The translations under genes and the position numbers were made by a program. Below the pieces are notes generated by a model, which was not told the origin of the DNA, searched no databases, and saw only the letters and a program-made list of their open reading frames with translations. From an uncultured Actinomycetes bacterium (GTDB taxonomy: Bacteria; Actinomycetota; UBA4738; HRBIN12): a stretch of DNA of 64,000 nucleotides. Shown piece after piece: positions 58,264 through 64,000 of this stretch. Where the stretch lies: positions 90,615 through 154,614 of the forward strand of contig CAWEOB010000008.1 in assembly GCA_963810635.1 (NCBI GenBank). Direction: 5' to 3'. Positions within the stretch are counted from its first letter, which is position 1; each line of letters begins with the position of its first letter.

Positions 58264-58676
58264 GCGTCGTCGAGATCGCGGGGGCCGAACGCGTCGGGGA
58301 GCAGCTCCGCGAGCGACCAGTACTTCCGGACCGAGCCATCGGCGGACTCGGCGATCACGGCCATCCCGGGGCCGAACTCGTTCAGCACCTGGCGGCACCC
58401 GCCGCAGGGCGGGGTCGGCGTGTCGGCGTCGGTGACCACCGCAACCGCGCGGAGGTCGGTCACCCCGGCAGCCACGGCCATGCCCACCGCGTTGCGCTCG
58501 GCGCAGACCGAGACGGGATAGCTGGCGTTCTCGACGTTCACCGCGGCGAACACCTGGTCGCCGGCGAGGAGCGCCGCTCCCACGTGGAAGCCGCTGTACG
58601 GCACGTAGGCGTTCGCGCGGATCTCCCGGGCGGTCGCCAGGAGCCGGTCGATGGTGGCGTCGTCGATCGAGGTCAT
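58260..58676 (-). CDS. cdd: Cytidine deaminase
   Basis: ATG 58676 overlaps the upstream stop. Zinc motifs CAERNA and PCGGCRQ. Confidence 0.9.
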   Translation of the reverse strand: MTSIDDATIDRLLATAREIRANAYVPYSGFHVGAALLAGDQVFAAVNVENASYPVSVCAERNAVGMAVAAGVTDLRAVAVVTDADTPTPPCGGCRQVLNEFGPGMAVIAESADGSVRKYWSLAELLPDAFGPRDLDDA

Positions 58677-59968
58677 GGTGCGGGTTCCTCCTGTGGTTCC
58701 GCCGGTGTCGCCTCGGGAGTCTCGGGAACCGCCCGCGTGATCACGACCGTGTTGACGCGCCGGCCGACGACCTCCTCCGCACGGAACCTGACCCCTTGGA
58801 ACTCGCACTCCTCGCCCGCGTCGGGGATCTTGCCGAAGATGTCGAGCACCAACCCGGCGATGGTGTCCCATTCCTCGTCGGGCAGCTCCAACCCCAGCAG
58901 CTCGTTGACGTCGTCGATCGAGGTCTTGCCCGACACGCGGTAGACACCGTCCGAGATCTGTTCGATGTCCTGCTCATCCACGTCGTACTCATCAGTGATC
59001 TCACCGACCAATTCCTCGAGCAGGTCCTCGAGCGACACGATCCCCGTGACCGAGCCGTACTCGTCGGTCACCAGCGCTTGGTGGAACTTCTCCTTCTGCA
59101 TCTCGCGCAGGAGGTCGGCGACCTTCTTCGACTCAGGGACGTAGCGCGCCGGGCGGACGATCTCCGTGAGCGGCATGTCGCCCTTCCCCTGATGAACCGC
59201 CTTCAGCACGTCCTTCGCGAACACGATCCCGATCACATCGTCGAGATCCTCGTGGTAGACGGGGATCCGCGAATACCCGTGCTCGAGCACGAGCGCTTGG
59301 ACGTCGCGGAGGGTCTGGTCGTCCTCGATCGCGACGATGTCGGGCCGGGGCACCATCACCTCGCGCGCGATCGTGTCCCCGAACTCGAAGATCGAGTGGA
59401 TGAGCTCCGTCTCCTCCTTCTCGATCTCACCCTCTTCCGACGCCATCTCGGCGGAGGCCCGGAGCTCCTGCTCGGTGATGTACGGGCCCTCACGGAGTCC
59501 CTTGCCGGGCATGACCACGTTCGCGAGCTTCAGGAGCCCGTTCGCGAACGGGCCGAGAACCCGGCGGAGGAACACGACCACGGGGCCGACGGCGAGCCCG
59601 ACCCGGTCGGTCTGCAGGATCGCGAACGTCTTCGGCGTGACCTCGGCGAAGACGAACAGGATCAAGGTCATCGCGATCGTCGCGACCAATTCCCCTGCGC
59701 GCTCGGAATGACGGACCGCGAACGAGGTCGCGAGCGTGCTCCCGCCGATCGTCGCGAGCAGCGTGAGGAACAGCACGACGTTGAGGTACGGCGCGGGGTC
59801 CTCGACGATGCGCACGAGCGCTCCGGCGCCGCGGCGTCCCTCCTCGGACAGGCGGAGGGCTCGCACCCGGCTGGTGCGCGTGATCGCGACCTCCGACGCC
59901 GCCAGGAAGCCGACCCCGAGCACGCACAGCAGGACCGCCAGCAGCTGCGTCCAGTCGGTCGCCGTCAC
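58673..59968 (-). CDS. CNNM/CorC-type hemolysin-family protein (DUF21-CBS-CorC_HlyC)
   Basis: GTG 59968 overlaps the ybeY stop (GTGA); the ORF could extend to 60007. An N-terminal 4-TM DUF21 domain, a CBS pair and a C-terminal CorC/HlyC domain are present. Confidence 0.88.
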   Translation of the reverse strand: MTATDWTQLLAVLLCVLGVGFLAASEVAITRTSRVRALRLSEEGRRGAGALVRIVEDPAPYLNVVLFLTLLATIGGSTLATSFAVRHSERAGELVATIAMTLILFVFAEVTPKTFAILQTDRVGLAVGPVVVFLRRVLGPFANGLLKLANVVMPGKGLREGPYITEQELRASAEMASEEGEIEKEETELIHSIFEFGDTIAREVMVPRPDIVAIEDDQTLRDVQALVLEHGYSRIPVYHEDLDDVIGIVFAKDVLKAVHQGKGDMPLTEIVRPARYVPESKKVADLLREMQKEKFHQALVTDEYGSVTGIVSLEDLLEELVGEITDEYDVDEQDIEQISDGVYRVSGKTSIDDVNELLGLELPDEEWDTIAGLVLDIFGKIPDAGEECEFQGVRFRAEEVVGRRVNTVVITRAVPETPEATPAEPQEEPAP

Positions 59969-60425
59969 GGCACCGAGACCCCGCTGTAGCGCTCCTGCCG
60001 CGCCCACATCTCGGCGCGCTCAGCGTCGACCTCGTGGTCGTAGCCCAGCAGGTGCAGGATCCCGTGCACGAGGAGGAGCCGGAGCTCGTTCGAGGATCCC
60101 CCGGGTTGTTGCGAGCGGCGACGGCCGGGCAGATCACCACGTCACCGAGGAGTGCGGTGCCGGTGGCTTCAACCTCCTCCTGGTCCTGCGCGAAGCTGAG
60201 GACATCGGTGGGCCCGGGCTCGTCCAGATAGCGGACGTGGAGCTCTTCGATCTCGGCTTCGTCCACGAAGCTCACGGAGAGCTCGCCCTCGACGCCTTCG
60301 CCGGCGAGCGTGGCGCGGGCCAGGTCCGTGAGACCGGCCTCGTCCACGGGCAGGGTCTGGCGGTTCGAGACGAGCACGGCCGTTCGGCCGCCCGTACCTC
60401 GGGGTCGGCTCACGGACTCAGCCAT
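59965..60425 (-). CDS. ybeY: Endoribonuclease YbeY (one apparent frameshift)
   Basis: ATG 60425. The N-terminal part ...[30 protein letters not shown]...[16 protein letters not shown] lies in the frame of ORF 59490..61520. The zinc motif [19 protein letters not shown]... lies in the frame ending at TGA 59965-59967. The shift is within about 60085-60100. Confidence 0.85.
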
Positions 60426-61522
60426 CGTCGTGGCCCGTGGTCCGTGGCTCGTCGACGCGCAGGCTCTGCTGCCCGTACCGCCCGTAAGCCTCGACGATGT
60501 GCTGCACGATCTCGTGCCGGACGACGTCCTTGCCGCCCAGGTGCACGAACGCGAGTCCATCGATGCCCGTGAGGATCTTCTTCGACCACGTGCAGGCCGC
60601 TCGACTGCCCGTTCGGGAGGTCGACCTGCGTGGAGTCGCCGTTCACGACCGCCTTCGAGCCGAAGCCGAGGCGGGTGAGGAACATCTTCATCTGCTCCGG
60701 TGTGGTGTTCTGCGCCTCGTCCAAGATGATGAACGCGTCGTTCAGCGAGCGGCCCCGCATGAAGGCGAGCGGCGCGACCTCGACCACACCGCGCTCCATG
60801 AGACGCGGGAGGGTGTCGGGACCGGTCATCTCGTACAGCGCGTCGTAGATCGGCCGCATGTACGGGTCGATCTTCTCGTACAGGGTGCCCGGCAGGAACC
60901 CGAGCCGCTCCCCCGCCTCGACCGCCGGCCGCGTGAGGATCAGGCGCGAGACCTGCCGCTCCTGGAGCGCGCGCACGGCCACGGCCACGGCGAGGTAGGT
61001 CTTGCCGGTGCCCGCGGGCCCGATGGCGAACGTCACAGTGTTGGAGCGGATCGCGTCCACGTATCGCTTCTGCCCCACGGTCTTGGGGGCGATCTTCTTG
61101 CCGCGCCCGGAGAGCAGCTGGTCGCCGAGCACCTCGCTCGGCCGCGGCGTCTCCTCGCCCGGCTCCGCGACGCCACCCGAGACCATCGAGATCGTCTGGC
61201 TGACCGAGTCCTCGGTGAGATCGTGTCCGCGCTCGAGCAGCTCCAAGAGCTCCTCGAAGATCTGGGCGACCCGTTCGGTCTCGGCGGCGGGTCCGCTGAT
61301 GGTGATCTCGTTCCCGCGGACGAGCACGTCGGACCCGAACGCGGCTTCGATCAACTTCAGGAAGGCGTCGCGCTGGCCGAGCAGGGCCACCATCGGCTGG
61401 TGCCCGGGGACCAGGATCTTCACTTGGTTGGTGGCGGTCGCCACGTGCCTCTTCGATCCGGGGCGCTGCCCCGTTCCCTCCTGCTCGACGAACGTGGCCG
61501 TCCTCCGGACGGCCTCGCACAT
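60418..61522 (-). CDS. phoH: PhoH-like ATPase (one apparent frameshift near the 3' end)
   Basis: Walker [19 protein letters not shown]. The C-terminus [34 protein letters not shown]...* lies in the frame ending at TGA 60418-60420 and overlaps the ybeY start by 8 nt. One extra base at about 60583. The true start may be GTG 61444. Confidence 0.85.
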
Positions 61523-61555
61523 CCTACTCGCTCCTCCGGCCCGGTCATGGGTGGT

Positions 61556-61911
61556 TCAGCGCGGGGTGACGAGCGGTCCGAGCGGCGCGCCGCCCAGCAG
61601 ATGGAAGTGCAGGTGGAACACCTCTTGCCCGGAGTCGGGCCCCACGTTCGTGATGAGACGCCACCCGCTCTCGTCGATGCCCTCGGTGCGAGCGAGGTGG
61701 GTCGCCGCCTGCATCAGGTCCGCCAGGACGCCGGCGTGTCCGTCCTCGACCTCGGCCACCGACTCCACGTGCTCCTTCGGGATCAGCAGGATGTGCGTGG
61801 GCGCCTTCGGGGCGATGTCGCGGAACGCGAGCACGTGGTCGGACTCGCGCAGGATCTCGGCGGGATCTCCCCCGCGACGATCCTGCAGAACAGGCAGTTG
61901 CTGTCGGACAT
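61556..61911 (-). CDS. HIT-family (histidine triad) protein (one apparent frameshift)
   Basis: ATG 61911 gives MSDSNCLFCRIVAGEIP, then a missing base at about 61861 (ccg-gcc read as ccgcc), then AEILRESDHVLAFRDIAPKAPTHILLIPKEH...HLHFHLLGG (ORF 61556..61834). Confidence 0.85.
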
Positions 61912-61947
61912 GGCGTTGAGCCTACCCTCGGCGCGGAAGCCCGTCGG

Positions 61948-63051
61948 TCAGAACTCGGGGCGGCGCAGCTCGCCGCTGCCGGCGCGCTGCTCGCCGCGGA
62001 TCTCCGCCAAGCGTTCCAGGAGCTGACGTTCTTCCTTCGACAGATCCCGCGGCGTCACCACGTGGAGGGTGACGAACAGGTCGCCTCGACCCCGGCGGTT
62101 CACGTTCGGCACCCCCTTGCCCTTCACGCGGACCACGGTCCCGGACTCCGTGCCCGCCTCGATGCGGATGGTCTCCGGTCCGTCCAGGCTCGGGATCTGG
62201 ATCTCGGCACCGAGCGTCGCCTGCGTGACCGTGACGTCGAGCACCGTGAACAGGTCCTGCCCCCGTCGCTCGAAGGCCTGGGACGCCTCGACCGAGAGCC
62301 GGACGAATAGGTCCCCGGGCTGCCCTCCGGCCGCGCCGACGTGTCCCGCACCGGCGACGCGGAGCTCCATGCCGTCGGACACGCCGGCGGGGATCTCGAC
62401 CGCGACCGACACCCGGTCGCGGACGCGCCCTTTCCCGGAGCACTTCTCGCAGGGGTCGGGGATCTCCTGGCCCGTCCCGCCGCACGTCGGGCAGGGCGAC
62501 GTGGTCATCAACGTGCCGAACACGCTCCGCCGCACACTCTGGACCTCGCCCGCACCGGCACATGTCCGGCACGCGATCGGCGCCGTGCCGGGTTCCGCTC
62601 CCACGCCGAGGCACCGGTCGCACTCGACGAGTCGTTCGAGCTCGATCTCCCGACGGACCCCGAACGCCGCCTCGTCGAACGTGAGCACGTCCACGACCGC
62701 GAGGTCCTCGCCGCGCCGCGTGCGTGACCGCGGACCCTGCCGCCGGCTCCCGCCGAACCCCCCGAAACCACCTTGCCCGAAGAACATCTCGAAGATGTCC
62801 GAGATGTCCGTGAACGGCTGGCCGCCGGGCCCGCCCGTGGTTCCGAACGCGTCGTATCGAGCGCGCTTCTCCGGATCCGAGAGGATCTCGTAGGCCCCCG
62901 CGATCTCCTTGAACCGCTCCTCGGCGCTCGGATCACGGTTCACGTCGGGATGGAGCTCGCGCGCCAGCCGGCGGTACGCCTTGCGGATGTCGTCGTCGGA
63001 AGCGCCGCGCGAGAGCCCGAGCACCTGATAGAGATCGCGCGTGGTCGCCAT
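61948..63051 (-). CDS. dnaJ: Chaperone DnaJ
   Basis: J domain with HPDVN, G/F region, four CxxCxGxG zinc-finger repeats. Confidence 0.95.
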   Translation of the reverse strand: MATTRDLYQVLGLSRGASDDDIRKAYRRLARELHPDVNRDPSAEERFKEIAGAYEILSDPEKRARYDAFGTTGGPGGQPFTDISDIFEMFFGQGGFGGFGGSRRQGPRSRTRRGEDLAVVDVLTFDEAAFGVRREIELERLVECDRCLGVGAEPGTAPIACRTCAGAGEVQSVRRSVFGTLMTTSPCPTCGGTGQEIPDPCEKCSGKGRVRDRVSVAVEIPAGVSDGMELRVAGAGHVGAAGGQPGDLFVRLSVEASQAFERRGQDLFTVLDVTVTQATLGAEIQIPSLDGPETIRIEAGTESGTVVRVKGKGVPNVNRRGRGDLFVTLHVVTPRDLSKEERQLLERLAEIRGEQRAGSGELRRPEF

Positions 63052-63054
63052 CGG

Positions 63055-64000
63055 CTACTGGTCGAGCTCCGAGGCGAGGTCAGAGAGGTGCTTGGCCACG
63101 GCGCGCACGGAGGCCATCGCCGACAGGTAGTCCATCCGCGTCGGTCCCACGATCCCGATCGTGCCGACCGTCGTCTCGCCCGCCTGGAAGGGCGCCGTCA
63201 CGATCGAAGCCTCCCATTCGCCGGTGGACGGGTGCTCCGCCCCGATCGTCACGCGCACGTCGTCGGCGTCGGCCACGTCCTGCAGGACGCGGAGCAGCTC
63301 CTGCTCGCGCTCGAGGGTCTCGAAGAGGCGGCGGAGGGTCTCGCGGCGCCACGTCTGGGTCTCGTCCGCCAGGTTCGCGACGCCCCCGATCACGACGTGG
63401 GAGGAGCGATCGCCCACCGTGGCGACGCGGAGCACATCGGCCACTGTGAGCAGCAGGTCGTGCTCCTCGGAGGGCGCGGAGGCGGCGAGCTGCAGGAGTT
63501 GTGCCTGTGCGTCCAGATAGGTGAGACCGCGGAGAGCCTGGACGCGGCGCTCGGTCTCGTCGATGGAGCTGGCGTGCAGCCCCTCGGGACGATCGAGCAT
63601 CTGCTTGTCCACCCTCCCGTGCTGGCCGACGGCGAGCACCATCAGGGTGGGTCCCATGTCGATCAACTCGATCCGGACGACCTGCTCGTCCGAGGCACCG
63701 GGGGGCACGGCGAGCCCCGCGTACTGCGTGAGCCTGCCGAGCAGCTGGACCGAGCCCTTCAGGACCTCCTCGAGGTCGAGGATCGCTTCGGCGAAGTGCG
63801 CCGCGATCGCGCGACGCTGCGCTTCGCGGAGACGCCCGCCGGCCGGGAGCGTGTCCACGTAATGGCGGTACCCGGCATCGGTGGGGATCCGGCCCGCCGA
63901 CGTGTGGGGGTGCGTCAGGTAGCCGAGCTCCTCGAGCGCCGCCATCTCGTTGCGGATCGTGGCCGATGAGACGCTGAGCCCCGAACGTTCCGTGATCGTC
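63055..64000 (-). CDS. hrcA: Heat-inducible transcription repressor HrcA (5' end beyond the window)
   Basis: ...SSATIRNEMAALEELGYLTHPHTSAGRIPTDAGYRHYVD... reads through the window edge. The stop lies 3 nt before the dnaJ ATG. Confidence 0.9.
   Translation of the reverse strand, partial: TITERSGLSVSSATIRNEMAALEELGYLTHPHTSAGRIPTDAGYRHYVDTLPAGGRLREAQRRAIAAHFAEAILDLEEVLKGSVQLLGRLTQYAGLAVPPGASDEQVVRIELIDMGPTLMVLAVGQHGRVDKQMLDRPEGLHASSIDETERRVQALRGLTYLDAQAQLLQLAASAPSEEHDLLLTVADVLRVATVGDRSSHVVIGGVANLADETQTWRRETLRRLFETLEREQELLRVLQDVADADDVRVTIGAEHPSTGEWEASIVTAPFQAGETTVGTIGIVGPTRMDYLSAMASVRAVAKHLSDLASELDQ

Noticed and set aside
59490-61520. A 676-aa minus-strand ORF spanning CNNM, ybeY and phoH
   Set aside because: Only its middle section (the ybeY N-terminus, MAESVS...ARNNPG) is real coding sequence. 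The rest is an alternative frame of phoH and of the CNNM gene.
1-64000. CRISPR arrays, rRNA genes, IS elements or transposases, and known defence systems (RM, CBASS, retrons, DGR)
   Set aside because: No regularly spaced direct repeats are present. No ORF has a transposase, reverse-transcriptase, Cas or methyltransferase-like motif. The only repeats seen are the tRNA fragment, the 60-bp HTH repeat, the 9-bp triplication and intragenic protein repeats.

Overview
This is a very GC-rich chromosomal segment of Actinomycetota type. All calls come from reading the sequence and the ORF track by eye, with no searches run. I count about 60 protein genes, two tRNAs (Met-CAU, Asn-GUU) and one tRNA fragment.

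The right half (about 29.5-64 kb) is a conserved housekeeping backbone, mostly on the minus strand. In order it carries hrcA-dnaJ-HIT-phoH-ybeY-CNNM-cdd-era, then deoC plus two ALDH genes, then recO-uppS, glyQS, ppdK and dgt-dnaG-rpoD. Many of these genes have overlapping stop/start codons (ATGA or GTGA).

The left half (1-29 kb) is accessory and dominated by secreted proteins, lipoproteins and membrane proteins. These include cupins, two NlpC/P60 hydrolases, an RTX-like protein, a delta-60-repeat protein, a TolB-like propeller, a sulfatase and a lysyl-oxidase-like protein. There is also a bactofilin-like membrane protein, an orphan pilin, and a few metabolic genes (fumC, an S9 peptidase, sseA, xthA).

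I saw no rRNA, CRISPR array, transposase, integrase or recognisable defence-system gene other than a vapBC pair.

The most striking property is frame disruption.
- A 3.4-kb NHL/Ig-like gene needs at least 17 frame switches.
- About 17 further single-base frame breaks hit other genes, including conserved ones (ppdK, uppS x2, ybeY, phoH, HIT).
- These may be assembly indels or real decay. One accessory gene also has an in-frame TGA, so some decay is probably real.

Other points worth a second look:
- a 2.7-kb islet bounded by tRNA-Met and a copy of its 3' half;
- a three-member family of small secreted proteins, only one intact;
- a tightly coupled TM-protein / NlpC-P60 / lipoprotein operon;
- tandem zinc-ribbon membrane proteins next to uppS and a GT-C-like gene;
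- an alpha/beta-hydrolase fused to a class III cyclase.

I did not find a convincing novel multi-gene system; the candidates are listed with modest scores. Internal start codons and frameshift positions are my inferences and are approximate.
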